Source: Spirochaetaceae bacterium (GTDB taxonomy: Bacteria > Spirochaetota > Spirochaetia > DSM-2461). From it: a stretch of 64,000 bases of DNA. A model generated the notes under the pieces. It did not search any database. It saw nothing but the letters and a program-made list of their open reading frames with translations, and was not told the origin of the DNA. The position numbers and the translations under genes are program-made. The stretch spans positions 1,568,001 through 1,632,000 of the forward strand of contig OZ245056.1 of the NCBI GenBank assembly GCA_965224705.1, written 5' to 3'. Shown piece by piece: positions 46,032-56,224 of this stretch. Numbering within the stretch: the first letter of the stretch is position 1; every line of letters starts with the position of its first letter.

Positions 46032-48122
46032 TTACTTTGCGGTCTTCCTGTCTTCCTCAGCTTTTTTTATCATCTCCTCACTTATTGAGCGAGGAAGTTT
46101 TGAGAATTTTGCGAATTCCATGGTGAATTCAGCCTTTCCCTGGGTAGCGGATCTCAGAACTGTTGAATAACCAAACATTTCGCTCAGCGGAACCTCGGCT
46201 TCAATCACACAGTAAGCACCTTCTTCCTGGGAGGAAATTATCATGCCTCTCCGCTGATTTATACCGGAAAAAATACTTCCCTGGAATTCTGTAGGACCTT
46301 CAACGGCAACCTTCATTATGGGTTCCAGTATGATGGGAGCGGCTTTTCTATAGGCTTCACGGAATCCCATCAATGCAGCAGTCTTGAAGGCAAGATCTGA
46401 GGAATCCACAGCATGCGAAGCTCCATCAACAATGGTCATTTTAACATTCACAATTGGAAATCCCAGAAGAGTTCCTTTGGCCATGGCTTCCTGGAAGCCT
46501 TTATCACAGGATGGAATATACTCTGTTGGTATATTGCCCCCCTTAATCAAGCTGACAAATTCATAATTTTCATCACTTTGTAATGGTTCCATAACACCAT
46601 TGATTTTGGCATATTGACCGGAGCCGCCGGTTTGTTTTTTATGGACGTAATCCCATTCCACCTTCTTTGTGATGGCTTCCCGGTAAGCAACTTGTGGTGC
46701 TCCGGTTTCCACTTCGGCTCTGTACTCCCGGCGCATGCGTTCAATGTAGACATCAAGGTGGAGTTCGCCCATCCCCTGAATGATTGTATCGTTTGTTTCA
46801 TTGTCCACATAGGTCTGGAAGGTTGGATCTTCCTTGGTGAATCGGTTAAGAGCTTTAGCCATCTTGTCTGAGGCCGATTTATCCTTTGGTTTAACCGAAA
46901 GAGATATGACCGGATTGGGAACGAACATGGAAGTCATTGAGTAATTCAGCCTCCCGCCGCAGAAGGTATCGCCGGAGGCACATTCTATTCCAAATAGAGC
47001 GACAATATCACCTGTACCGGCTTCGCTGATATCTTCCATGGAGTTGGAGTGCATTCGCACAAGGCGTCCCACCTTGAATTTTCGCTTATTGCGAACATTG
47101 TAGAGTTCCGAACCTTTTTTCAGAATTCCCTGATATATTCGGATGTAGGTAAGCTGGCCATACTGGCCATCCTCCAACTTAAATGCAAGGGCAATGGGGG
47201 GCAATGCGGGATCAGGAGGAAGTATAACTTCAGATTCATCATTGTCAAGATCCAGGGCCTTATTCTCAACCTCCGATGGAGAGGGCAGGTAATTCGTAAC
47301 CGCATCCAGAAGCGGTTGTACACCTTTGTTCTTATATGCGCTTCCTATAAAAACAGGAACCAGTTCATTGGAGATCGTACCAGTCTGAACAGCCTGATGA
47401 ATGAGTTCCACTGAGGGACTCTCACCTTCCATGAGCTTTTCCATGAGTTCATCACTGAACATGGAAACGGCATCCAGCATGATGGAGCGTTTCTCCTCAG
47501 CCTCATCCCTCAGCTCAGCTGGAATTTCATCCTCTCGGACAGAATGATTCTCATCCCTGTCAAAGTACAGGGCTTTCATGGTGATCAGGTCGATTACACC
47601 TTTATGCTTATCTTCCAGGCCTATGGGAACCTGCATTATAACAGCATTGAGATTCAGCTTTTCCTCAAGCTGATCCCGCACTTTGTATGGATTCGCACCT
47701 GTGCGGTCAGTTTTATTGATAAACGCTATTCTGGGAACATTGTAACGCTTAAGCTGTCTGTCAACAGTGATGGATTGGCTTTGCACGCCGCCCACAGAGC
47801 AGAGTACCAGAATTGCTCCGTCGAGAACACGCAATGCCCTTTCCACTTCTATTGTGAAATCCACATGTCCTGGGGTGTCAATAATGTTGACGGAATAACC
47901 CTTCCAGTCAACATTGGTGGCTGCGGATGCAATGGTGATGCCCCGTTCTCTCTCCAGTTCCATGGAATCCATGGTTGCGCCAACACCGTCTTTGCCGCGT
48001 ACTTCATGTATTGCATGAATCTTCTGGCAAAAAAATAGAATTCGCTCGGACAAAGTTGTTTTACCCGAGTCGATATGGGCACTGATACCGATGTTACGCA
48101 TCTTTTCGATGTCAAAAATCAT
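46032..48122 (-). CDS. fusA: elongation factor G (spirochaete/mitochondrial EF-G1-like)
   Basis: [59 protein letters not shown]. Confidence 0.97.
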   Translation of the reverse strand: MIFDIEKMRNIGISAHIDSGKTTLSERILFFCQKIHAIHEVRGKDGVGATMDSMELERERGITIASAATNVDWKGYSVNIIDTPGHVDFTIEVERALRVLDGAILVLCSVGGVQSQSITVDRQLKRYNVPRIAFINKTDRTGANPYKVRDQLEEKLNLNAVIMQVPIGLEDKHKGVIDLITMKALYFDRDENHSVREDEIPAELRDEAEEKRSIMLDAVSMFSDELMEKLMEGESPSVELIHQAVQTGTISNELVPVFIGSAYKNKGVQPLLDAVTNYLPSPSEVENKALDLDNDESEVILPPDPALPPIALAFKLEDGQYGQLTYIRIYQGILKKGSELYNVRNKRKFKVGRLVRMHSNSMEDISEAGTGDIVALFGIECASGDTFCGGRLNYSMTSMFVPNPVISLSVKPKDKSASDKMAKALNRFTKEDPTFQTYVDNETNDTIIQGMGELHLDVYIERMRREYRAEVETGAPQVAYREAITKKVEWDYVHKKQTGGSGQYAKINGVMEPLQSDENYEFVSLIKGGNIPTEYIPSCDKGFQEAMAKGTLLGFPIVNVKMTIVDGASHAVDSSDLAFKTAALMGFREAYRKAAPIILEPIMKVAVEGPTEFQGSIFSGINQRRGMIISSQEEGAYCVIEAEVPLSEMFGYSTVLRSATQGKAEFTMEFAKFSKLPRSISEEMIKKAEEDRKTAK

Positions 48123-48325
48123 GAGTTACTATCCTCATAGTGATTCCCGTTTCACTTAACGGGGGTAGATTAACTGCATGTGCAGGGGATAAAAAAGTCA
48201 AAGTAGTATAACGATGCCCGAATAACAGGTCTATACCTGAAAACCGGTTATTCAGGGTAATTTTAGAATCCGCGAAGATCCCGTGCTGTCACAGGATTAC
48301 GGCACACAGTGAAGCAGAAAGAAGC

Positions 48326-48724
48326 TCATTCCTGGAAATCCGATGCAATTTCAATGATGTTTCCATCCGGATCGGCAACCATGGCAGAGCGTATTTTCCA
48401 GGGTTCATTCCTCGGACGGTAAATAACTGTTGCCCCCTCCCGTGTAACCTTATCAAAGAATTCATCGACATTTTCAATGTTTCCTACATTGATGGACAGC
48501 TCGAAAGTGCCATTCAGATGTTTCGGGAAATCCGGTTTCTGTCCCAGTAATTCAGGAAGTTTTGAGCGTTCATACATTGAAAATCGAATACCGTCATGCT
48601 TGAACTCCGCATAAGGTCCATCTCCATTCCAGTCCGTTTCCATACCAATAACATCTCTATAGAAAGCAACCATCTTCCCCAGGTCATTGGCAAATATGCC
48701 GATCATATCGAATTTCATTCCCAT
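48326..48724 (-). CDS. VOC/glyoxalase family protein
   Basis: MVAFYRDVIG, EPW..RSAMVADPDGNIIEI. Confidence 0.88.
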   Translation of the reverse strand: MGMKFDMIGIFANDLGKMVAFYRDVIGMETDWNGDGPYAEFKHDGIRFSMYERSKLPELLGQKPDFPKHLNGTFELSINVGNIENVDEFFDKVTREGATVIYRPRNEPWKIRSAMVADPDGNIIEIASDFQE

Positions 48725-48807
48725 TGTTTTAACTCCTCTTTTTGAAATTCCATTCTATAGATGAGAAAGATCCTGTACAACCTGTGTATTCAGGAATGAC
48801 TCTGCTG

Positions 48808-50055
48808 TCATAATTGCTTGAGAATGAACTCATCCCAGGCAGATTCAATGTATTCTACGTAATCAGGAGAAATCTCAGGCACGGAATTATTTGTAAGAGT
48901 TTCTAATGACAATGTCGCTGGACCAACGTCTAAATCGGAGAATTTCACTGCATCATCAGAGGGGAGCAGTTGAATGTCCAGAACCGACATATCTCCCCAA
49001 TTCTCAGGACTGGCTTTGGAGAGCTGCATCTCCGGTGAGAGTAGAAAATTTGAAAGAACCATTGCGGCCTCCTTGTTGGGAGAGTTGAATGGAATCGCTG
49101 TAAAATGATGATTGAACAGTGCCAGTCCCTCAGGTACAAATGTGCGTACAGTCTCGGGATATTCACCGGCTGCAATTCTCCTGGAGGCATTGCCTACATT
49201 GTAGTGCATGGAGAAATCAATCTCTCCCTGCAGAAAAAGTGAATCCATCTCCACCCCGTTTGCGGGATAGTATTTTCCCTCCTGCCACAAGTAGGGTGAA
49301 ATCTCCTCGAGCCAGGCCATCAGGGACTGAACACCTGATTCGGCCCGTGACTCATCAAAATCTCCAAGGTATTTATCGGGCCCGCCACTCAAATGATATA
49401 ATGCCAGGCGAAGAAAGGCCGAACCCACAAAATCCGGCGGCTGTGGATAGGTAAACCGGCCTGGATGTTCCAGTATCCATTTATTCAATTCATCGAAATC
49501 AGCCGGTGGAATGGGGATCCTGGATGTATCATATTCAAAGACAAGCCAGGCCTTGCCATAGGGGGCTTCATAACCTTCTGTCGGATAGCCGAAATCTGTG
49601 GCAACGGAATTCTGATCCACAAAGTTATTGAAGTTTGGCAGCCTGTCCACATACGGACCCCAGAGTAACTCGGCTTCCTTCGCATTCTTGAAATTCTCAC
49701 CGTTAATCCACAGTAAATCGATGGAACCCCTGCTGAGGCTGGCCTGTTTCTCCGTCAAAAGTTTATCGATGAAAACCTCGGGATTCATGGATACTCGATT
49801 GAGCTTGATCAGGTATTTTTTCTGCAGTTCCTTCGCAACAATTCCATCTATCCATGCGTTGATTTCGGATGAGCCGCCCCACATGTAGAAATTGACTTCG
49901 CTGTTTCTGGCATTTCGGACAACTCTGTCCCAGCTTAATGAAACCGGGTTGGAGATCTCCGTACTACCCCCCGCGCCAATACGTGGAATCAGGGCAATAC
50001 TGAACATCACAAAAAAGGTCAGTCTGGTCAGTGAAAGCAGTTGTTTATTGTGCAT
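48808..50055 (-). CDS. ABC transporter substrate-binding protein (YnjB-like)
   Basis: VNFYMWGG, GSIDLLWINGENF, FTYPQPPDFVGSAFL, AIPFNSPNKEAA.VL.NFLLSPE. Confidence 0.85.
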   Translation of the reverse strand: MHNKQLLSLTRLTFFVMFSIALIPRIGAGGSTEISNPVSLSWDRVVRNARNSEVNFYMWGGSSEINAWIDGIVAKELQKKYLIKLNRVSMNPEVFIDKLLTEKQASLSRGSIDLLWINGENFKNAKEAELLWGPYVDRLPNFNNFVDQNSVATDFGYPTEGYEAPYGKAWLVFEYDTSRIPIPPADFDELNKWILEHPGRFTYPQPPDFVGSAFLRLALYHLSGGPDKYLGDFDESRAESGVQSLMAWLEEISPYLWQEGKYYPANGVEMDSLFLQGEIDFSMHYNVGNASRRIAAGEYPETVRTFVPEGLALFNHHFTAIPFNSPNKEAAMVLSNFLLSPEMQLSKASPENWGDMSVLDIQLLPSDDAVKFSDLDVGPATLSLETLTNNSVPEISPDYVEYIESAWDEFILKQL

Positions 50056-50261
50056 GAAAACTCCTTAGCATTATTCCCCCGGCATTATGCGGCGGAAAAG
50101 ATCGGGTCAAAATTCTGGCAGAGGTTTTGGAGGTGTCCAAAAAGTACAAATACATCTATTCAAGTGTTGCCACAATTATTATTACACTATATAAAAGAAT
50201 GAAATCAATTGAACAGACGTTCTTGATTCAAAATAATTGCTGATTCTATCAGGAGGATAAT

Positions 50262-50651
50262 ATGGCAAATTTATACAATGTATATAAGTGTAACAAGTGC
50301 AGTAATGTCGTCATGAAAATGAAGACTGATGACAGTACGATGTCCTGTTGTGACCTCAACATGATTCATATGCCGGAACAAACGGCAGATTCAACAAAGG
50401 AGAAGCATGTTCCTGTCATTGAGAAAACTGATGCTGGATACAGGGTAACGGTGGGCAGCACCCCGCATCCCATGCTGGAGAACCACTGGATTCAGTGGAT
50501 TGAGCTTGTTATCAATGGAAGCAGAATGATAACAGAGTTAAATCCTGGTGATGATCCATCGGCATCTTTCAACTGTAAACATGAAAGTGGTGCAAAGGTT
50601 ACAGCTCGGGAATACTGCAATCTTCACGGGTTATGGAAAGGAAACCTTTAA
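50262..50651 (+). CDS. dfx: desulfoferrodoxin (2Fe superoxide reductase)
   Basis: Centre I CxxC...CC; centre II EKHVP, HPM..H and CNLHGLW. Confidence 0.93.
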   Translation: MANLYNVYKCNKCSNVVMKMKTDDSTMSCCDLNMIHMPEQTADSTKEKHVPVIEKTDAGYRVTVGSTPHPMLENHWIQWIELVINGSRMITELNPGDDPSASFNCKHESGAKVTAREYCNLHGLWKGNL

Positions 50652-50654
50652 AAT

Positions 50655-51155
50655 ATGGCAATACCGAAAACTATGGCGGCTGCTCTTGGAAAACAATTCA
50701 ATGAAGAACTGATCTCTGCCTATCTCTATGAATCCATGGCCGCAGATTTCTACTGTAAAAAACTTCCCGGTTTTGCGTCATGGATGACTATTCAGGCCAG
50801 TGAGGAGCGGCTTCATGCAGAAAAGATCCACCGTTACCTGGATGAGAATGGTGAAAGAGTCTTCTATGGTGCCATTCCCGAGCCTCAGGCAGAATGGGCC
50901 ACCCCCATTGAGGCGATGAAAGCAGCGCTAGCTCATGAGAAGTATATTTCCAAATGTATACATAAACTTGTTCACATTGCCCGGGAAAAGGATGATATTT
51001 CAACGGAAGTTTTCCTCGGGTGGTTTGTTACAGAACAGGTAGAAGAGGAAGCTTCTGCTCAGGAGCTTATCGACAAACTTGAAATGATTGGAGACAATCA
51101 GTACGGTTTGTATCAGCTTGATAAAGAAGTTTCCACTCGACAGCAGGAAGCATAA
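50655..51155 (+). CDS. ftnA: non-haem ferritin
   Basis: NEEL.SAYLY.SM, GFA.W...QASEE..HA, HEK.IS, WFVTEQVEEE. Confidence 0.93.
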   Translation: MAIPKTMAAALGKQFNEELISAYLYESMAADFYCKKLPGFASWMTIQASEERLHAEKIHRYLDENGERVFYGAIPEPQAEWATPIEAMKAALAHEKYISKCIHKLVHIAREKDDISTEVFLGWFVTEQVEEEASAQELIDKLEMIGDNQYGLYQLDKEVSTRQQEA

Positions 51156-51185
51156 TCTCTACAGGAGATATGATGGAGGTATTGA

Positions 51186-51350
51186 ATGAAAAAATATGTT
51201 TGTGAGGTTTGCGGCTACATCTACGATCCGGAAGAAGGGGATGAAGACACCAATATCCCTGCCGGAACTGATTTTGACAGCTTACCTGAAGATTGGGTCT
51301 GTCCACTGTGCGGAGCTGAGAAATCAGAGTTTTCACCAGTAGACGAATAG
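51186..51350 (+). CDS. rubredoxin (54 aa; absent from the supplied ORF track)
   Basis: [62 protein letters not shown]. Confidence 0.96.
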   Translation: MKKYVCEVCGYIYDPEEGDEDTNIPAGTDFDSLPEDWVCPLCGAEKSEFSPVDE

Positions 51351-51475
51351 TCCTGAATCAAATCAGCCAGAGCACCATCAAAGAATTCACCTTTTGATCC
51401 TGGCAGGGAGTATCCGCCCATGCCGTAGAGGAGGATGGTTAAGCCGGAATGAAATGGGTGCTTCTCAGATGTCTT

Positions 51476-51504
51476 TCAGCCGTTCTGAAATCCAGGGCGG
51501 CTGA
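51476..51504 (+). terminator. hairpin between convergent rubredoxin and aroC genes
   Basis: TCAGCCGTTCTG-AAATC-CAGGGCGGCTGA (12 bp including G-U), followed by TTATTCT. Confidence 0.5.
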
Positions 51505-52575
51505 TTATTCTCCCGGTGGGAATCCGCATTGGGCCTGCTGGGCCAGCCATGCATCCATAAGAACCAATGCGGTCATAGCCTCAACAACTGGAACTATTCG
51601 GGGGCATATTATTGGATCATGTCGGCCTTCTGTCTGGATCTCCACTGCCTGTCCGGCCAGGTTGACAGTACTCTGCCTGAAACTTATGGAACTGGTCGGC
51701 TTCACCGCTGCTCTGAATACAATGGGCTGACCTGTGCTGATGCCTCCGATTACCCCCCCTGCATTATTGGATGTGAATCCAGATTCATCCATACCGTCGT
51801 TGTGTTCGCTCCCTCTCATGTCTGCCGCAGAGAATCCAGCCCCAATTTCAAATCCCCGTATGGCCCCAATAGAAAGGATGGCCTTTCCAAGATCGGCTTC
51901 AAGTTTGTCGAATACTGGATTCCCCAGACCCGGAGGCACTCCTGTTACTCTGCACTCAATGATTCCGCCAGCACTATCCCCAAGCTCCATTAATTCCCGT
52001 ATTCGTTCGGACATTTTACCGGCAGCATCAAGGTCGCATGCTCGCAGGGGATTTCTTTCAATCACAGAGGCATCAAAGCTCTGACAGGTAATTCCGGCGG
52101 CCGCTTTTGTCCAGGCCATTATTTCTACACCCCTGGATTTCATCCATTTACGTGCAATGGCTCCTGCGGCCACACGGGCCGCCGTCTCCCGCCCGGAAGC
52201 CCTGCCGCTCCCGCGCCAATCCCTCAGACCGTACTTTTTCAAATAGGTATAATCCGCATGGCCAGGTCTGAACTTATCGACAATTTCGCCATAGTCGGAT
52301 GAGCGGACATTTGTATTCTGCAGTATCATTGCTAACGGCACACCGGTGGTTCTTCCTTCAAAAACTCCCGACAGGAAGGAGATCCTGTCTGCTTCTTCGC
52401 GGGGTGTGCTGAGTTCCGACTGGCCAGGCCGCCTCCTGTTCAATTCTACTTGAACATCAGCTTCAGATATCTCGAAACCAGGAGGTAAACCATCGACAAC
52501 AACACCAACGGCTGTTCCATGAGATTCTCCGAAAGTACTGATGGTTAAATATCGTCCAAAGATACTACCTGCCAT
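51505..52575 (-). CDS. aroC: chorismate synthase
   Basis: [51 protein letters not shown]. Confidence 0.97.
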   Translation of the reverse strand: MAGSIFGRYLTISTFGESHGTAVGVVVDGLPPGFEISEADVQVELNRRRPGQSELSTPREEADRISFLSGVFEGRTTGVPLAMILQNTNVRSSDYGEIVDKFRPGHADYTYLKKYGLRDWRGSGRASGRETAARVAAGAIARKWMKSRGVEIMAWTKAAAGITCQSFDASVIERNPLRACDLDAAGKMSERIRELMELGDSAGGIIECRVTGVPPGLGNPVFDKLEADLGKAILSIGAIRGFEIGAGFSAADMRGSEHNDGMDESGFTSNNAGGVIGGISTGQPIVFRAAVKPTSSISFRQSTVNLAGQAVEIQTEGRHDPIICPRIVPVVEAMTALVLMDAWLAQQAQCGFPPGE

Positions 52576-53125
52576 TGTGGTTTTCCAGTGATGTAATCAA
52601 ACGCTGAGTATTCATGCTGATAGTGACATCTTCTATCTCATGAATGAAATGAGCAATCTTGCAGTACAGTGAATCACGTCTATGATAGAGCTTCATAAAA
52701 TCCTCCCATGGGTTTTCTTCTGAGAGAAAAGGCGGTATTCCCCCGGCCATTATTCTTCTGAACAGCAAATTGGCATCAGCACGAAGATAAACCATGAATC
52801 CTTTCGTTCCGAAACATTGCATAGCATTCTTGTTTTCTATCGTTCCACCGCCCAGAGAAAGTACAACACCCTTTTCTTGAAGGGACGGCAATGTCCAATC
52901 CATGAAGTATTGGAAGACCTTTCCCTCCCGTACAATGAACTCGTTTTTACCCAGAGTATTCCAGACTTCCCGTATGGTGGTTCCGGTACCTTTTACTGTT
53001 TCAAGAATTAAGCTGTCAAGATCGTAAAAAGGGTATCCATAATGCCGTGCTAAAGCCTTTCCAATTGAGGATTTACCACTGTGTTTCAATCCGCCAACAA
53101 TGTAGAAGTTCATATCCCTGATCAT
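52565..53125 (-). CDS. aroK: shikimate kinase
   Basis: GLKHSGKS, DLD, VLSLGGG, VYLRA, R..LY; adjacent to aroC. Confidence 0.88.
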   Translation of the reverse strand: MIRDMNFYIVGGLKHSGKSSIGKALARHYGYPFYDLDSLILETVKGTGTTIREVWNTLGKNEFIVREGKVFQYFMDWTLPSLQEKGVVLSLGGGTIENKNAMQCFGTKGFMVYLRADANLLFRRIMAGGIPPFLSEENPWEDFMKLYHRRDSLYCKIAHFIHEIEDVTISMNTQRLITSLENHNGR

Positions 53126-53131
53126 ACAGCT

Positions 53132-53752
53132 CTAATCAACTATAACAGGGGATCCCATGTCGAACCAGCCATTAATAACATTCTGGAGACCATCGATTCC
53201 TTCTTTCTTCAATGATGAAAAGGTTCCAAGACCTGCACGGGGAGCTATTACATCCAGATCCTGCCGCACTTTTTTTAGAATTGAAGCCTTTTGACTCTTT
53301 CTGATTTTGTCAGATTTGTTCAGCAGGAAATGAACAGCTCTATTCCCGGAATAACAGAGTTCAAGCATCTGCGCATCCAGGTCTGACAGCGGATGCCTTA
53401 TGTCCATCACGATGATAACACCCCTGAGACATTCCCGTTTTATAATGTATGAGGTCAGTTCCCTGCCCCAGTGCTTCATCTCCACTCCACTGACTCTGGC
53501 ATATCCATATCCTGGAAGATCAACCAGCCGATGATCTTTTGTTTCATTAAGAGTGAATAGATTGATGTGTCTGGTTTTTCCCGGTTTGGACGATGTTCTG
53601 GCAAGAGACTTCCGGCCTGTCAAAGTATTTAAAATAGAAGACTTGCCTGAATTCGACCGGCCGACCAGGGCCACTTCCACTCCACCATCCTCTGACAGTG
53701 AATCAAATGATGGAGATGATGTAAGGAAGCTTATATTTTCAAGTTTTTTCAA
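53132..53752 (-). CDS. engB: ribosome biogenesis GTPase EngB/YihA/YsxC
   Basis: GRSNSGKSS, LARTSSKPGKT, DLPGYGYA, DIRHP, NKSDK. Confidence 0.95.
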   Translation of the reverse strand: MKKLENISFLTSSPSFDSLSEDGGVEVALVGRSNSGKSSILNTLTGRKSLARTSSKPGKTRHINLFTLNETKDHRLVDLPGYGYARVSGVEMKHWGRELTSYIIKRECLRGVIIVMDIRHPLSDLDAQMLELCYSGNRAVHFLLNKSDKIRKSQKASILKKVRQDLDVIAPRAGLGTFSSLKKEGIDGLQNVINGWFDMGSPVIVD

Positions 53753-53809
53753 GTTTTGTACTCCATAGCCATAATAGAGTTAGTGCATCAAATCTTCAAT
53801 TGCTATAAA

Positions 53810-54919
53810 ATGATGCAGGTGAAAATACGAAGTGTAGAAACTATTTGTCTCACTATTCTGACAATTCTTGCTGTAGGAACAACTATCCACTTCATGCAAA
53901 GATTGTTTATTCCCCTGATAATCGCTGGACTCCTTTCTCTCATGCTCACCCCCCTTGTCAATCAGATGGCACTGATCAGGATACCTCGTTTCATCGGTAT
54001 AATCTGTGTGATAGGAGCCCTGTTTGTTGTTCTGTTCATCGTAGGAAGGTTGTTCTACTCAAGTCTTCAGACTTTTACTCAGGTTTTTGGAGACTATCAG
54101 AAACGCTTTGTCAGTATTCTTAGTGAACTGTGGATACGTTTAAAAATACCGCAGGAATACTTCCCAAGACTGGGCTGGACTCGCAGCATGATTGATGGAA
54201 TCGTTCAGATATCCGGCAGTTTTGTGAACCTTGGAACCCAACTGGGATTAGTTTTCTTCTTCCTTATTTTCATGCTTGTCGAAACGCCGCTCTCATGGTT
54301 TAAGTTCAGACGTGCATTCCCTCGTCGTTTAAATCATCAACTGGGCAGTGCTGTTGATGATGTGTTTCGGCAGGTTGCTCGTTATCTTACAGTAAAAACC
54401 ATTATCAGTGCTGTAACCGGTCTCGCCGTATGGTTTTCATTGAGTCTGGTTGGGCAGGATCTTGCGGCTCTCTGGGGGCTTTTAGCCTTTCTGTTCAATT
54501 ACATCCCAAACCTTGGCAGTACAATCATAATGGCTGCCACCATGATCCTGGGACTTGCCCAATTCTATCCGGCATGGGATAGAATAATCATCGTATGGCT
54601 GTTGATGCCGGGGATACAACTCTTGATGGGAAACATTCTGGATCCCATGATTCAAGGTGATCAACTGGATCTCAGTCCCCTGGTGATTCTCGTCTCCCTG
54701 GTTCTCTGGGGCTGGATTCTCGGTCTGACAGGCATGTTTTTAGCCGTTCCCCTTACTGTCGCATTAAGGATTATTTTGAATCACATTGAGGGACTTCGTC
54801 CTGTTGCGGTGATGATGGGTTCGGGTAAGATTGACCGGGCCCTGCATCACAAATTACTGAGAAGAAAAAGAATTCGGTTCAAAATGGGGAAGAAGAATAC
54901 AAACCAGCCAGATACCTGA
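53810..54919 (+). CDS. AI-2E family transporter
   Basis: PLIIAGLL..ML.PLV, YL..KT.IS..TG, NYIPNLG, LDLSPLVILVSL..WG...G..GMFLAVP. Start uncertain. Confidence 0.9.
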   Translation: MMQVKIRSVETICLTILTILAVGTTIHFMQRLFIPLIIAGLLSLMLTPLVNQMALIRIPRFIGIICVIGALFVVLFIVGRLFYSSLQTFTQVFGDYQKRFVSILSELWIRLKIPQEYFPRLGWTRSMIDGIVQISGSFVNLGTQLGLVFFFLIFMLVETPLSWFKFRRAFPRRLNHQLGSAVDDVFRQVARYLTVKTIISAVTGLAVWFSLSLVGQDLAALWGLLAFLFNYIPNLGSTIIMAATMILGLAQFYPAWDRIIIVWLLMPGIQLLMGNILDPMIQGDQLDLSPLVILVSLVLWGWILGLTGMFLAVPLTVALRIILNHIEGLRPVAVMMGSGKIDRALHHKLLRRKRIRFKMGKKNTNQPDT

Positions 54920-54931
54920 TCGTTCAAATCT

Positions 54932-56224
54932 ATGAATCAAAAACCAGGCATTTTTATCACGTGGCTCCCCCTTGCTGTGATGTGGATTCTAATGGCCATA
55001 GAACAGCCGGTGATTACAGCCATGATAGCCCGAATGAGCAGCGCCACCGCCCAACTGGCGGCCTTTGGTATCGCCTTCTCCCTGGCTCTGCTCATCGAAG
55101 GCCTTGTCGTACAGATGCTGGCAGCCGGTACAGCTATAGCAGACAACCGTGAGAACTACAGACGTCTTTTGATGATGATGCACATAATCGGTGGAGGAGC
55201 AACAATGGTCCATGCCACTCTTTGCATTCCAGCCGTTTTTGATGCATTCGCAGCCATGGTACTTGGAATTCCCAGGGAACTCATCGTTCCTTCCCGAATG
55301 GCTTTTCTCGCTCTGCTTCCCTGGACTCTGGGCATCGGTTATCGGCGCCTCTGGCAGGGAGTTCTTATCCGGTACAGCCGAACAAAAATGATTCCTGCAG
55401 CAATGCTTTTTCGTATTCTGTTCATCGTTATCACTTTGTTGTGGGCATTTAAATCTCAGCGGATAAGCGGTTCTGTTGCCGGTGGCTTAAGCCTGACTGT
55501 CGGTATTGCAGTCAGTCTGCTGGTTACATGGCTCTGTGTTCGACCCGTTGTTAAAAACTTGCCTTCTGCCATGGATCAATCGGACAAATCCATCATGTCC
55601 TGGAAGGATATCCTTGTATTCTACATACCGTTAGCTCTTACCAATGTTATCAGCTTCGGTGTACGGCCTGCATTGCAGATGGGTCTTGCCCGTGGAGTAT
55701 TACCTTTGGAATCATTGGCTGTCTGGCCAGTTTTTGCAGGCTATATGTTTCTGTTTCACTCGCTTGCACTGGCATCACAGGAAGTGGTGATTTCCCGCCT
55801 TGACAGCCCGGAATCCCAGAGGCAGATTATCCGCTTCAGTATCATTCTGGCTGCAATGCTCTCAACTGCCTGTATTCTGGCGTTTGCCACTCCATTCTGG
55901 AAGATATGGTACTCGGGAATATCAGGTCTGGAAGACTCGCTGACATCACTCTCCCACTCTCCTACAATCCTGATTTCCCCTATGATACCTCTTTCTGTAT
56001 TTGTTTCTCTTTGCCACGGAGCACTGATTCGTCAGAGACGTACCCGGGAAGTTACCTGTAGTATTACCATCAATATCACAGTTCTTATCAGTGCGATGTT
56101 CCTTGGTATCGCCATTTTTCCCTATCCAGCCATCAGTATCGTGGCCGTTTCATATTCCCTCGCCTTTGCCGTTGAGTTGGTGTATCTTGCATCACGACAC
56201 CCTTTATCGAGTCAGATACGATGA
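54932..56224 (+). CDS. MATE-fold (ANKH-like) membrane transporter
   Basis: About 12 TM in two repeated halves, each beginning ...PLA; LAAFGIAFSL, LWQGVLIR..RT. Confidence 0.6.
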   Translation: MNQKPGIFITWLPLAVMWILMAIEQPVITAMIARMSSATAQLAAFGIAFSLALLIEGLVVQMLAAGTAIADNRENYRRLLMMMHIIGGGATMVHATLCIPAVFDAFAAMVLGIPRELIVPSRMAFLALLPWTLGIGYRRLWQGVLIRYSRTKMIPAAMLFRILFIVITLLWAFKSQRISGSVAGGLSLTVGIAVSLLVTWLCVRPVVKNLPSAMDQSDKSIMSWKDILVFYIPLALTNVISFGVRPALQMGLARGVLPLESLAVWPVFAGYMFLFHSLALASQEVVISRLDSPESQRQIIRFSIILAAMLSTACILAFATPFWKIWYSGISGLEDSLTSLSHSPTILISPMIPLSVFVSLCHGALIRQRRTREVTCSITINITVLISAMFLGIAIFPYPAISIVAVSYSLAFAVELVYLASRHPLSSQIR

